Virus record (IMG/VR): IMGVR_UViG_3300025978_000012
Coordinates: 12,191 to 76,190 of that record
Strand: one strand, 5' to 3'
DNA length: 64,000 nt
From: a virus
In this document: positions 18,263 to 28,851 of the stretch, piece after piece
Layout: each line of letters starts with the position of its first letter
Numbering within the stretch: position 1 is the stretch's first letter
The notes under the pieces: model-generated
Told to the model about the DNA's origin: nothing
The model's input: only the letters and a program-made list of their open reading frames with translations
Database searches by the model: none
Translations under genes and position numbers: made by a program

Positions 18263-19039
18263 TTATTTACTGTATTCTTTTACAATTTCTTTACAAAATT
18301 CACTTAACACTTCAGAAATTTGTCTGTTTATTTCATTTAATATTTTTGGAAATATCGGTTCGGCAGGAACATCGGGATATTGCCACCCAGTACTATTCGC
18401 AGTTACGCATCTAAAAAATCCATATTGAGAATGATATTTACGAGTATTATATCGAGTAAGTCCACCTATATCAATTTCTTTACCTTTCACATTTAAGGTT
18501 GTTCCAATAGGCATCCGTCCTCCGCCTTTTACAATTGCATGAATTTCATTTGTCATTTCACGACCACCGAAACTACTTTTTGCATTCATGCTTGTATTTT
18601 TTCTTGGAGTTCTAACGGGAAACGGAATAATAATATATTTTATTCCATCTTTTCCAATTTTTACTTTTTCTGATTTCATTAAAGCGTCTTTAATAGACCA
18701 TGATTTAACTCCTTTTTCCATCATCATTGCGAACATCAAATTTGGTTTGTCGCTTTCTTTATCAATTATCGATTCATCAAGAAAAATTTCTCCTTTATTG
18801 TTTAAAATTTCATATTTAACGGCAGGAGCATATTTCGTTCCCCATCCTCCAGCATTTATTGCTTCAGATTTCCAATCTTCGGCGGTCCCTTGTGTTAATA
18901 ATGCGATAACTCCCGGTAATTCTTCATTAATTGCATTACAAATTTTGTTAAATTTTTCTTCTGCCATATCCGATCCGGCTGTTTCTAATCCTGCCATTAT
19001 AGAATCAAGAATCAATTCAGAATTAATATCAAATACCAT
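18263..19039 (-). CDS. Putative neck/tail-completion virion protein
   Basis: YIIIPFPVRTP and FFRCVTANS..WQYP motifs resembling SPO1/K-like virion proteins. Confidence 0.45.
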   Translation of the reverse strand: MVFDINSELILDSIMAGLETAGSDMAEEKFNKICNAINEELPGVIALLTQGTAEDWKSEAINAGGWGTKYAPAVKYEILNNKGEIFLDESIIDKESDKPNLMFAMMMEKGVKSWSIKDALMKSEKVKIGKDGIKYIIIPFPVRTPRKNTSMNAKSSFGGREMTNEIHAIVKGGGRMPIGTTLNVKGKEIDIGGLTRYNTRKYHSQYGFFRCVTANSTGWQYPDVPAEPIFPKILNEINRQISEVLSEFCKEIVKEYSK

Positions 19040-20496
19040 TATTTATTCCTTTCGGCTTCACCAAAAATTTTATCATAGCGAGTACTATTTATAGCAACTG
19101 GTATTGGTAACGAAGCATCTTTATCCCATTCTGATTTTTTACGGGCATAAGAGGAAGATGGAACACGTTCATAAATATTATTTTGATATCTGACTAAATT
19201 TTCCCCAATGAAAACAGGTTTTCTTGATTTTTGTTCTTCTTTGCTCCGATAGGTGTAATCAGTCATTTGAGGGACATGCCTATATTTCTTTTGACGCGCC
19301 TCGACGTGTCCACTTTTAGGATTATAATATTCGCTTTCAATGTTTATTGGTTCAAACGTAGCTACATTATGCGGATGGGCGGGAGTTGCAACCCGCCATC
19401 CGTGAACAATTTTTGTCTCACGAAATCCTATATTATTCTTACCAATCCATATCGCAATATCGGTATTCGGGTCTTTTATTCCCATTGCAGATAAACTATC
19501 ATTTCCAGTATTTCCTACAATACTTGTAGGGACCATTCTAACAAGCGTTCCGTGATGCGCCCGACACCAGGGGCATGTTCCGCCCGTGAAGATGAAATAT
19601 TGTGCTTTACTTACATCTTTAAGGCTCTCCATTGCGATCTCTTCGTATGGCGCAAGCACTCCGGCCTCATAAACCGCCGCTGTTTCAGTTTGAGCTATTC
19701 GTGTCCAATTGTGCCGCAATGCCTCTGCGTTATATTTATTCGATAATTTTTCTTCTTTTTGAATATTCCAATATAAATCAGATGCAATCATTGTTGGAGA
19801 TTTTTTTTCATTCAATCCTTTTGTTATCTGATATTGTATCGCCTCTTTTAATTCGTTATTCGTATTAGTTACATACATTGCCATGTTAGAAAACGATTTA
19901 TTTAAGGCATTCTTTTCAGCATTAGTAAAATCATATTTCTTGTATGCATCAGCCAATTTTTTCGGCATGTTCCCGTTATATTGATCGAAGTCCACTTGAT
20001 ATAAACTTTTATTTATATACGGTTTTTTATTTTTTCTGAACTTTGTAGTATCACGACCAAGCATAAAACTTTTGACCGCGACATCTTCAGTCACAGTATC
20101 GGCATATTCTTTCCAATATTTTTCAATCTCATTATTGAATATTTCCCATTGTCGGGGTGTCATCGGCTTGCCGCTTTCAAATTTTCCATCTTGCGGCCTG
20201 AACTTTCCAACAATATGTTTAAATATTGATTTTAATTTTTCGAATATATTTTTAAAAAATCCTGCTTTTTGAAGCTTTCCTGGATTGTTTTGAATTAAAT
20301 AATATGCTTGTTTTTCATCTAAACCAAGTGCAATTCCGGTTCCTACAAAAATTTCATTTATAAGAGCGGCAATATAATCATTATAATATTCCTGGAGTTC
20401 TCGGATATATTTGACTTCATGAATTTCTTTATTATTCAACATAAACAAAACAAACAGGATAAAAAGAAAAATGTCAAACATTAAAATATATCTCAA
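19039..20496 (-). CDS. MuF/SPP1 gp7-like head morphogenesis protein (true start probably MLNNKE near 20443)
   Basis: WTRIAQTET, CPWC and PAHPHN motifs. Confidence 0.7.
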   Translation of the reverse strand: MRYILMFDIFLFILFVLFMLNNKEIHEVKYIRELQEYYNDYIAALINEIFVGTGIALGLDEKQAYYLIQNNPGKLQKAGFFKNIFEKLKSIFKHIVGKFRPQDGKFESGKPMTPRQWEIFNNEIEKYWKEYADTVTEDVAVKSFMLGRDTTKFRKNKKPYINKSLYQVDFDQYNGNMPKKLADAYKKYDFTNAEKNALNKSFSNMAMYVTNTNNELKEAIQYQITKGLNEKKSPTMIASDLYWNIQKEEKLSNKYNAEALRHNWTRIAQTETAAVYEAGVLAPYEEIAMESLKDVSKAQYFIFTGGTCPWCRAHHGTLVRMVPTSIVGNTGNDSLSAMGIKDPNTDIAIWIGKNNIGFRETKIVHGWRVATPAHPHNVATFEPINIESEYYNPKSGHVEARQKKYRHVPQMTDYTYRSKEEQKSRKPVFIGENLVRYQNNIYERVPSSSYARKKSEWDKDASLPIPVAINSTRYDKIFGEAERNK

Positions 20497-20661
20497 GCTA
20501 ATGAATATGAGGCTTTAGCAATAGGTCCAACCCGTATTGACGTATACGGATATCATCCGAATAATAAAAAAAAGCGTTTTCTTTAAAAAAAAGAAAACGC
20601 CTTAAAAATCATAGTGTCACACAATTTCCATTTATAAATATAATGGAAAAATCGATATATG

Positions 20662-20982
20662 TCAATTAATTTTCTTCCCACCTCCGGCTTTTATTATTTT
20701 TTCAGCATCTTCGATTTTTACAAAATTACTTATTTTTCCAAAATTTTTAAAATCCTTAAATTGAAAAACATCATATCCATGAAGAATAAATACACGTTTC
20801 AAATTGCTATTGTTGGATACTCCTAATATATCAGCGACATCTTTAATTCTGATATATTTCGAATAATCTATTTTTAAACATTCCTCTTTTATTTTTTTCA
20901 AATGTTCAATTGCATCTTCAGTTGTTATAATTTTAATGCCCTCTCTTTTAGAAATTCTCCCCTCAATAGATGTGATTGCCAT
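20662..20982 (-). CDS. Putative HTH DNA-binding protein
   Basis: IKDVADILGVS helix-turn-helix pattern. Confidence 0.5.
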   Translation of the reverse strand: MAITSIEGRISKREGIKIITTEDAIEHLKKIKEECLKIDYSKYIRIKDVADILGVSNNSNLKRVFILHGYDVFQFKDFKNFGKISNFVKIEDAEKIIKAGGGKKIN

Positions 20983-21734
20983 GTGTATGCTCCATCATTA
21001 TAAACATCAAAATGAATAAATCCTATATGAATTTTTCCTGAACATTTTCGAGTTCCAAATTTACTACCGAATCCCTGCATTGCGGGGGTAATGATTGCCA
21101 AGTGTTCCGCATCCCCATTAAATATATGGTAATGAGTGTGACTTCTTATTATTACATTTGACAGAGGTTGAGATTCATCAATTGACCACAACTGATTCCA
21201 TAGATGATCCCGCGCAATTGATGTATGACGACCATGTGGAATAATGCTTGATGAAATAAAATGTTTAAAATCAAAAATTATTCCATTAACATCAATCCAT
21301 CCATGACTACAAATTTTTTCAACATTTAATCCATTAGCAACAATATCTTCAAAATCTTCATCTACTCCAACATGAAATGGCGTTCCATATGATTTCACAA
21401 TTTTCTTTGCTTTTATTTTTTCGAGACACTGTATCGCCATTTCACATTGTTTTAATCTGTCAGTTTCGATTAATTCTGTTCCGCCACTTTTTTGTCCTTT
21501 CCCCTCAATTGAATCACCATTTTCAATTAAAATATCTATTGGTTGTAATTCTTTTATTTTATTTTCAAAAAAATTATATCCAGCATATTGCATTTCGGCT
21601 ATTTTTCTTTTATTAAGATTGTTACTTTGAAGATTATATTGATAATCAGGCGGGGTCAAACCTACGACATGACCACAATGAAGATCGGAAATAACAACAA
21701 CCCTTTTAAAACTTCTTTTTTTATTATTTTTCAT
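20925..21734 (-). CDS. Calcineurin-like metallophosphoesterase
   Basis: VISDLHCG, NGDSIEG, GTPFH, RSHTH. Confidence 0.8.
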   Translation of the reverse strand: MKNNKKRSFKRVVVISDLHCGHVVGLTPPDYQYNLQSNNLNKRKIAEMQYAGYNFFENKIKELQPIDILIENGDSIEGKGQKSGGTELIETDRLKQCEMAIQCLEKIKAKKIVKSYGTPFHVGVDEDFEDIVANGLNVEKICSHGWIDVNGIIFDFKHFISSSIIPHGRHTSIARDHLWNQLWSIDESQPLSNVIIRSHTHYHIFNGDAEHLAIITPAMQGFGSKFGTRKCSGKIHIGFIHFDVYNDGAYTWQSHLLRGEFLKERALKL

Positions 21735-22183
21735 TATTTTTCTGATTTTAAAATTTTTTTTATTATATCTCGATAAAATTCGTTAGTAAATTGTTTTTTA
21801 TTTCGTGCTCTATGTACATCTGAGGCGTCGTCATTGCATCTGCCATGAGATTTTGCCCATTCACATCCTCTGCATCTATCATGTCGATATTTTAAACAAA
21901 AGGGACAAAGTAAAAATGACAATCCATGACACCCGCCAAGCAAAATATTATCGCATAAGCGATTCCAAATAGATTTACAAATATCATTTGACCATAAACT
22001 TATTGCTTCTCGATCATGAATAACAAAATAAAATCTTCCGGCTAAAAGAGATTTATTTTCTAGAAATCGAATCAAATAATTGTTGTAATTTATTATTTTT
22101 GGCATCTTGTAAAAACTTTGTCCTTTCCCAAAATTCTTGTTGTTTGCCCTTATTGAAAGAATCAACGGGACGAAAATATCCAC
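21734..22183 (-). CDS. Cys-rich hypothetical protein
   Basis: CPFC...CRGC...C. Confidence 0.5.
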   Translation of the reverse strand: MDIFVPLILSIRANNKNFGKGQSFYKMPKIINYNNYLIRFLENKSLLAGRFYFVIHDREAISLWSNDICKSIWNRLCDNILLGGCHGLSFLLCPFCLKYRHDRCRGCEWAKSHGRCNDDASDVHRARNKKQFTNEFYRDIIKKILKSEK

Positions 22184-22200
22184 TTACTCTACAATATATT

Positions 22201-22509
22201 TCAGTTTGAATTTTTTTCATTATTTTCGCTCCACAATAAAATCAATATACACGCCATTGCATGTGCTAAATGAGAAAAATCGGATTCATCTCTTGCAGTA
22301 GTAGTTTTCCACGCTACTATGTGACGCATCATCGCATCAAAATATATTGATTTTTTATTTGGTACATTTTTCCAGTCATCTTCTTCATATTTTGTATTGC
22401 CATACATAAATACATTAACAACTTCTTCTAATTCTTTCCAAGGTAACAATCGCCATTGTGTATTTCCTAATTTTTTATGATGTGCATTTATTAATTTTTC
22501 ATGTTTCAT
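22201..22509 (-). CDS. dATP/dGTP diphosphohydrolase-like protein (DUF5664)
   Basis: WRLLPW.ELEEV..VF.YG..KY...W...YFDAMMRH..W...D..SHLAHA. Confidence 0.75.
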   Translation of the reverse strand: MKHEKLINAHHKKLGNTQWRLLPWKELEEVVNVFMYGNTKYEEDDWKNVPNKKSIYFDAMMRHIVAWKTTTARDESDFSHLAHAMACILILLWSENNEKNSN

Positions 22510-22530
22510 GTTATTAATTTTAAATTTTAT

Positions 22531-23040
22531 TTAAAAATGCAGAGTTGCGTCAGCGGTTATTATCACCCCCTGAATATTTGATATTTTGAAATATCCAAGC
22601 CCAGGCCCAATTGAGATCAATCTCCAGGAATATAAATAACGAGCACCTACGGCATACCCAGACGTTAATTTTTGAATATTGTTATCATAACCAATCATAC
22701 CGGCGACCCAGGGGCCGAAAGAATGATGTAAAATGGGGATGGAAACTTTTAATTCACGACTGGCACTTTTGCATTGATCTCCAGCGGAAATATTGAATTT
22801 TAATTTATCTTGTTTTCCTTTTATCCAAATATCTCCGCACTGTAATGACGGTTTTTCTTTCCCGCCTGATACATAGACTGTTTTTGTTACCTCATTAACC
22901 CAGGTAATTTTCAAAGCTTTTAAATAATGATTATATACAATATATCCAACTGACCCACCGCCAATCAATAGCCCAAAAATAAAAATTATTGAACAGATAA
23001 TAAGATTTTTAACCCAGATCGGCAGTGTAATTACAGTCAT
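22531..23040 (-). CDS. Membrane-anchored protein in lysis region (spanin-like candidate)
   Basis: N-terminal TM and C-terminal amphipathic beta strands ending in F. Confidence 0.4.
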   Translation of the reverse strand: MTVITLPIWVKNLIICSIIFIFGLLIGGGSVGYIVYNHYLKALKITWVNEVTKTVYVSGGKEKPSLQCGDIWIKGKQDKLKFNISAGDQCKSASRELKVSIPILHHSFGPWVAGMIGYDNNIQKLTSGYAVGARYLYSWRLISIGPGLGYFKISNIQGVIITADATLHF

Positions 23041-23620
23041 GTTTTATCCTCTAATTTTTCGACTATTTTTTGAAAACAAAAATTATTCATATGCACCATA
23101 TCACGAAATAATAATAAATTTTGAGTGCCATCTAAACCAGTAGTTAAAAAATATAAATCAATTATTTTAGGAAAAAAATAATTTCCAATCAATTCATTAA
23201 TCGATAAAACCACGCATTTGGAAACATGACTTTTAATATATAGAATTTCTGACAAATTCCGTCTAGTTTATTCAACAGAAGGTTGTTGCCGCCGAGATTT
23301 ATTATTATTTCATACCGGCTAATAAGATTTAATATTTTAACGCCATTCGGAAGATTAAAAAAATCAATCCAGTCATCAACAGTTGTTCCACCACGGCAAA
23401 AGTTCACCGTAGTTTTTTTAAATAATTTCATTGTGGCATAGATATTTTCATTTTCAGCGTTCGAGTCACCAATTATTATTCTTTTCAATCTAAAAAGTTT
23501 TGCAATTTTAATTTGCCAAAACATTCTTAAAAAATAGACATCAATTTTTTGTCCGGTTTTTGCAACAGGAATAATATTTTTTATTATTTTGAAATAAATC
23601 CATTGGTAAATATTATTCAT
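23037..23620 (-). pseudogene. SGNH/GDSL hydrolase split over two overlapping frames (23189-23620 and 23037-23255)
   Basis: Blocks IIGDS, CRGGTT and INLGGNN in the first ORF; IIDLY...RDMVH (DxxH) in the second. Confidence 0.6.
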
Positions 23621-23826
23621 TTCAAATCCTTTTTAATTTTGACCTCGACCGGTTTATGTGAACATCCAAGCACATCAAATTCAGATGTCAATAAGATTGC
23701 TCCGCCTATAATTATTATAATAATCATGGCCAGAATAAATCCTCCGCGTATTGACAATTTTATTTTTTTTCCACCGGCCTCAATATCTACAACCTCATCT
23801 GTAATATCAGATTTTTGCTGATCCAT
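23617..23826 (-). CDS. Small single-TM membrane protein (lysis region)
   Basis: Hydrophobic GGFILAMIIIIIIGGAILL segment. Confidence 0.55.
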   Translation of the reverse strand: MDQQKSDITDEVVDIEAGGKKIKLSIRGGFILAMIIIIIIGGAILLTSEFDVLGCSHKPVEVKIKKDLK

Positions 23827-23844
23827 GATTATTCCCTCGCAATG

Positions 23845-23997
23845 TTATCCAATAGAATCAATGCAGCCTTTAATTTTGACACCAAAAATAATGCCACAAA
23901 CAATCAGAGCAATAGCGATAAAAATAGCCGATGATATTTTTTTATGCAACATCGCCCAGCCAACAACAGCAACAAAAATCTTTTTAATAGTTTCCAT
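23845..23997 (-). CDS. Small hydrophobic protein, holin candidate (50 aa, not in ORF track)
   Basis: METIKKIFVAVVGWAMLHKKISSAIFIAIALIVCGIIFGVKIKGCIDSIG, RBS AGGAG, directly after endolysin. Confidence 0.5.
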   Translation of the reverse strand: METIKKIFVAVVGWAMLHKKISSAIFIAIALIVCGIIFGVKIKGCIDSIG

Positions 23998-23998
23998 T

Positions 23999-24553
23999 TT
24001 ATTCTCCTTTTATTAAATGTTCTGATTCATAATGAAAATTATATCCAGCATTTTTCAACAGTAATTGTAATTTTATCCAATCAAATTCCCCAGGGCAAGG
24101 AACTTTAACATATTTAGGGCCGGAATATTTAATCGTATTCATGACATGCCCAATGATAGATGTTATTGGATATTTATTTATTAAAAAAACAAGAAACTCA
24201 ACAGTTGAGTCATATTGCTCTTCGGTCAGTGCAGTTTTATTGAGCGCATCCGGTTTCAAATGTTCAATTCCAATTGTTACGGCGTCATGCCTACCGGACG
24301 ACGAATGATAAACCCAGTTATCAGGATCAATAATTTCATATATTTTCCCATCTCGATCATTGAGATAATGGAATAACGCAATTCCTTTTTTATATTCCTC
24401 TTCCCGTTCACCAGACAACATCCAATCAATCATACCCTGTGCAGTTGATCCGCCGCCTGTACCATGTATAACAACTTCAGATGGGGCATTTAAACGTTTA
24501 AAACCCTCAAAATATTTTTGACGAATTGACGTAATTTTAATTATTGAATTCAT
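23999..24553 (-). CDS. Endolysin, N-acetylmuramoyl-L-alanine amidase (Amidase_2)
   Basis: VVIHGT, HY...DG.IYE, YH, IGIE, IIGH, CPG. Confidence 0.85.
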   Translation of the reverse strand: MNSIIKITSIRQKYFEGFKRLNAPSEVVIHGTGGGSTAQGMIDWMLSGEREEEYKKGIALFHYLNDRDGKIYEIIDPDNWVYHSSSGRHDAVTIGIEHLKPDALNKTALTEEQYDSTVEFLVFLINKYPITSIIGHVMNTIKYSGPKYVKVPCPGEFDWIKLQLLLKNAGYNFHYESEHLIKGE

Positions 24554-24741
24554 TATTTTATTCCTTTTTTTATTTTTTTATTATTTCATTTTCAATACAT
24601 CCCGCCTGTCGTAAAAATAATTCTATACACTCTAAATTCATGCACATAATGCTTCCACCTGGACATAATTCTTTGCAGGCGTAGTTACGCAATAATATGT
24701 ATAAATTTTTTTGAGGATCGGAAATTTCATATGATTTTTTT

Positions 24742-25053
24742 TTATCCATTTTTCTTTATTTTTTTAAAACTTTTTTTGGTGACTATGGCTTCGGCTATCC
24801 AAAATTTATTTTTCTTATCGCAAAAATCAATACATTTATTTACAGCCTCATGATTATCAGTTCTTTCAAAAAGTATTTTAAGATCGCTTTTTATTCCTTT
24901 TATCTCATTTGATAAATTTTCAAAATACTTTAAAGAAAAATTATACATAAAACTAACAAACAACTTCCCACCGAGAACAGCAACCACAATTGAAACAATA
25001 ATTTTTGTAAACACGGTGATTGCGTCTTTATATTGACTGAAAAATTGTTCCAT
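24742..25053 (-). CDS. TM plus coiled-coil protein, holin-like candidate
   Basis: One TM then coiled coil, upstream of endolysin. Confidence 0.45.
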   Translation of the reverse strand: MEQFFSQYKDAITVFTKIIVSIVVAVLGGKLFVSFMYNFSLKYFENLSNEIKGIKSDLKILFERTDNHEAVNKCIDFCDKKNKFWIAEAIVTKKSFKKIKKNG

Positions 25054-25104
25054 CTCATTCCCGTCCTCTGTACATTGTATGCCGTAATAAGCAATTTATT
25101 TTTC

Positions 25105-25998
25105 TTATACATAAAAATAAGGTGCCTTCGCTTTTGTTGCCAATTGTGTTGATTGATAATGAAGATCAATATAATGAATAAAAACTCCATTTGACCCGCC
25201 CGTTATTGTCGGAAGCGTGGTAACTTCAAGATTCATTAAAATAATTCCATCCGGCTCAAGTAACGCGCTATCAATTTGGCTTCCCGAAGGCGCAGCAGCG
25301 GATAATTGAACCTCGCTCAATATGTGTTCGTATTGAGGTATTGCCGCTATTGTTGGTGTCGAAACAGATACAAGAATTGTCTTTTCAGCAGGAAAGGTTG
25401 CCTGTGAATGACTTTTTGCGTAAGTATATATACATGTGCATACAAAATTTCCGCTTATTGCGGTCCCATTATGTGACCAGTGAATATGTAAATATATATC
25501 GGTTCCCGGGACATAATCATGCGGAATATGAAATCGTATATCAGCTTTTTTGGTCGCTCCGTATAAATATTCACGAACCGACCCGGCTCGATATACTGTG
25601 AGTACAGGGGCATCTCCTCCAGCCGGATCAGTAATAACATTTCCACGCAAATCCTTCCATCCAAACGTAGGAGTAGTGACATCCACCTGGATTCCTTTCC
25701 CTGATGTTTTAGGCAATACAAGATTATTTGTAACAAGTGTATTATATGATGTTAAATCGCTTTGCAAATATACATCAACTTCACTTGTAGGGTTAGTAGT
25801 AACATCTGAAATATCCTTAACTTCAATAAGTGCTTCCGGTAGACTAAGGGGAGACGGTAAAGAAAATTTATCCGTCGCCCAGTCCTGTAGTATTGCGTTT
25901 ACCTCTGAGAGGCTTGAGACTGCTATCCATACATAATAATATGCAGTTAAATATTTAACGTAACAGAGTTTTAAACTTTTCTTTGCCGATACTGTCAT
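25105..25998 (-). CDS. Putative virion structural protein
   Basis: WKDLRG...FHIPHDYVPGTDIYLHIHW beta-rich domain. Confidence 0.45.
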   Translation of the reverse strand: MTVSAKKSLKLCYVKYLTAYYYVWIAVSSLSEVNAILQDWATDKFSLPSPLSLPEALIEVKDISDVTTNPTSEVDVYLQSDLTSYNTLVTNNLVLPKTSGKGIQVDVTTPTFGWKDLRGNVITDPAGGDAPVLTVYRAGSVREYLYGATKKADIRFHIPHDYVPGTDIYLHIHWSHNGTAISGNFVCTCIYTYAKSHSQATFPAEKTILVSVSTPTIAAIPQYEHILSEVQLSAAAPSGSQIDSALLEPDGIILMNLEVTTLPTITGGSNGVFIHYIDLHYQSTQLATKAKAPYFYV

Positions 25999-26019
25999 TT
26001 AAATTACCTCATTAAATTT

Positions 26020-27681
26020 CTATATTAATCGAATCGCTTTTTCCATGCCGCCCATAGCATCATCAATCATATTGCCTATTTCTTCATCGTCAAAATTTGT
26101 GTCTGAATTTTCATCTATTTGTCCGCTCTCGCTACCCATCGCAGATTGTCCCGCCGCCATTTGTTCTTTTTGTAAAATATATTGAATATATTGCGGATGT
26201 AATACTATGTCGCCATTAGGAAGAGGAGGCTTGTCGTCTAAGGCTCGGAGTTCATTTAAAGTAGTATTGGTTTCAACTGATTTTTTTCGCAAATCGGCCT
26301 CAAAACCCTTATCTTCTGTTGATAACCCATTAAATCGAAACATCCATTCTGTTGAAAATGGAAAATTAGATATTTCAAGAAAGTGGATAACCATGTGCCT
26401 GAATCCGCCAAGAATATCTTTTAGCCCGCGCTCTTTTGAAAATAATTGTTTAGCGTCCTGATTTTCTGAAAGTACTGACTGAGCTTGATTTAATCGAAGT
26501 CCTATTTCCGCAGAGTCTACGCCCATAATGGCACATGTCAATGCACCCGTAAACTCCATATATTTCTGATATTCCATATCACGATTATTCGGAAGAAGTT
26601 GCAAAACTTTCGCATCACCATTGAGAAGTGGTATATTCCACTGACCATCCATCGCCTGAAAATTTGACATCCACTCGTCTTGAGCATCTTCAAGCTGTTC
26701 TTGCGTATAGCTCGAATCCTTACCCATAGCGAGTGCTATTTTAGGTATTGATCCGCGAGACAGGCCATTCGAATTAAATGTGAGAGAATTTATAAATGCA
26801 ACTATTGCAAGATTTGCTTTTTCAGTTACAGAAAATCCCTGTTTATAAAAACGAATATCGTTTAATTCATTTGATAAATCATATATTAAATCTGTCTCAC
26901 GAAATGCGGCGGTTATTCCACCGCCACTTGATCCATATAATAATTCTTGAATATATGAAATTTCTTCTGTAGGTGGGATATTCTCAAGTTTTGCTTTTCG
27001 TATTTCGTCACTTAATCTATTAAATCCAACACTAATGCCAACACCAATTTGCGACGTACTGCCGTAAAATCCGCCGGGTAATATTGGAAGAATCGTCGCT
27101 CCATCAAGCACCCATAACGCGGCCGCTTGTCCTTTCCTATCACGTTCTATTTCCCAACAAACTTTATCGATTAATATACGATCCCGAACATATTTTGTCA
27201 TTAAATCTTTTAATGCGCCATGTTTCGGCTCTATTCCGGCGTAATCGTCCCGACGAGTTTTCACTAAAAAATTTTCAAGGAATTCTTTTTGTTTTTTTCG
27301 TTCAGAATTTAGGATTTTTTCATCGTCTTTAAGTACAAACTCCCAACCAGGAATATCTTTATTATGGGAAATACCCGAAAATTCCATCATTTGTTGAATG
27401 CGAAGGGTTATAATTGATCCAACAATTCCATTTCTACGTTCAATAAGACGAAGCAATCTATCAGGAATTTTATCGCGAGGATATACAACGTTATTCCAAC
27501 TGGTATTATTCAGCCAGTCATATTGCATACCTTTTGCGACTGTTTTAAATTTACGATCAACATTATTTATAAGGGACCGCGCCTCTTTATATGCCCTGTC
27601 ATAATCAAGAGACGCGGTATTAGGGGAATGAGAAGAAAAATTATTATTCTGTTGATTCTTGTTTTTCTTTCGAGACATCAT
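26020..27681 (-). CDS. Portal protein
   Basis: 553 aa. RDRILIDK..EIER, LDGATI, WNIPLL, RDMEY, AEIGL, TLNELR. Confidence 0.85.
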   Translation of the reverse strand: MMSRKKNKNQQNNNFSSHSPNTASLDYDRAYKEARSLINNVDRKFKTVAKGMQYDWLNNTSWNNVVYPRDKIPDRLLRLIERRNGIVGSIITLRIQQMMEFSGISHNKDIPGWEFVLKDDEKILNSERKKQKEFLENFLVKTRRDDYAGIEPKHGALKDLMTKYVRDRILIDKVCWEIERDRKGQAAALWVLDGATILPILPGGFYGSTSQIGVGISVGFNRLSDEIRKAKLENIPPTEEISYIQELLYGSSGGGITAAFRETDLIYDLSNELNDIRFYKQGFSVTEKANLAIVAFINSLTFNSNGLSRGSIPKIALAMGKDSSYTQEQLEDAQDEWMSNFQAMDGQWNIPLLNGDAKVLQLLPNNRDMEYQKYMEFTGALTCAIMGVDSAEIGLRLNQAQSVLSENQDAKQLFSKERGLKDILGGFRHMVIHFLEISNFPFSTEWMFRFNGLSTEDKGFEADLRKKSVETNTTLNELRALDDKPPLPNGDIVLHPQYIQYILQKEQMAAGQSAMGSESGQIDENSDTNFDDEEIGNMIDDAMGGMEKAIRLI

Positions 27682-27952
27682 TTTCTACTAGTTTGTCAAT
27701 TTTTTTGGCTGTCTTTGTAGTAGAAGACTTTTGCCCCTTTGATTCCATATCTTTTAATGATACGGAGTTTATTTGCATATTATCCCCGATTGTAACGCTG
27801 TCGTCAAGAACATTTTGCGCGATAGCAAGCATTGACCACATAAAGGCGAGTATTTTTGCGGTTCCAACGGTAATCTGAAAAACTTCGTTTTTTTCTTTTG
27901 CTTTTTCCTGTTGTATTTCAAAGGCTAAATCAAAAGCTTCTTTAAATTTCAT
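27644..27952 (-). CDS. Hypothetical protein
   Basis: ORF with AGGAG RBS overlapping portal start. Confidence 0.55.
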   Translation of the reverse strand: MKFKEAFDLAFEIQQEKAKEKNEVFQITVGTAKILAFMWSMLAIAQNVLDDSVTIGDNMQINSVSLKDMESKGQKSSTTKTAKKIDKLVENDVSKEKQESTE

Positions 27953-28054
27953 CTATTTTATTCTCCTATTTAAAAATATTTTTTATTTTATAAAAAAATT
28001 AAAAATATTGCAACTAAAAATAAACAAAAAGAATGTATAATTATAGGTTCTATT

Positions 28055-28252
28055 TTAATCTTCGTGATATATTATATATTCATTTATTTGACTTTCAATA
28101 AATCCTAATCCTTGTAAAGCTTGAATGATATGTCGAATAATATTTGGAAGATGTTTATCATGCACTTCATTGTCAAGATTTATTGATTCAGAAATACTTC
28201 GTGAAGTCTGGTCAAACTCATCTTTTAATTTAAGTTCTACTGAAATATCCAT
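28055..28252 (-). CDS. Hypothetical protein
   Basis: ORF with AGGAG RBS. Confidence 0.55.
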   Translation of the reverse strand: MDISVELKLKDEFDQTSRSISESINLDNEVHDKHLPNIIRHIIQALQGLGFIESQINEYIIYHED

Positions 28253-28269
28253 TATCTAAATCTCCTTTG

Positions 28270-28620
28270 TTAATTTCTTAAGGCAATATCATAATTTTTT
28301 TGTCTCATTGATTCATAAACTATAGGATCGCTGATTTTGAGCAGATGAGATTGTTCAAAAAATTTATCAAAAAATGGAACATATTTTAATTCACGGATAA
28401 ACGATAAAAGATTTATTCCTTTTATTGGAACAACATTTGGATTTTTTTCATATGGTATTTTACGTTTTTCTTTAATTTGTAATAATAATGGTAAACCAAG
28501 AGTTTTGTCATATTCTTTTTGGTCTTTTGCCAAAAGTTCGCGTTTTCCACCAGCATAAGCGATATAATACATTTCATTAAAAAATATTTTAAACATGCCT
28601 ATTTTTTCGTAATTTGCCAT
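28270..28620 (-). CDS. Hypothetical protein
   Basis: ORF in operon orientation. Confidence 0.55.
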   Translation of the reverse strand: MANYEKIGMFKIFFNEMYYIAYAGGKRELLAKDQKEYDKTLGLPLLLQIKEKRKIPYEKNPNVVPIKGINLLSFIRELKYVPFFDKFFEQSHLLKISDPIVYESMRQKNYDIALRN

Positions 28621-28851
28621 TTGGGGAATATTCCTTTTTTATCAAAATAATATGCCATAAATTCTGCCGTAATACGATATTTTTTTTCGTTATCTTCAAT
28701 ACGTTTACGAAGATCGTTATATATATAAAATAAACTAACGATACAACAAAAATTAAATATAATTAAAATTGTAATAATAAATTTCAATTCATTTATCCTC
28801 CATAAAATAATAGACAGGGCATAAAAAACCATGCCCTGTCTGCAATCAATA

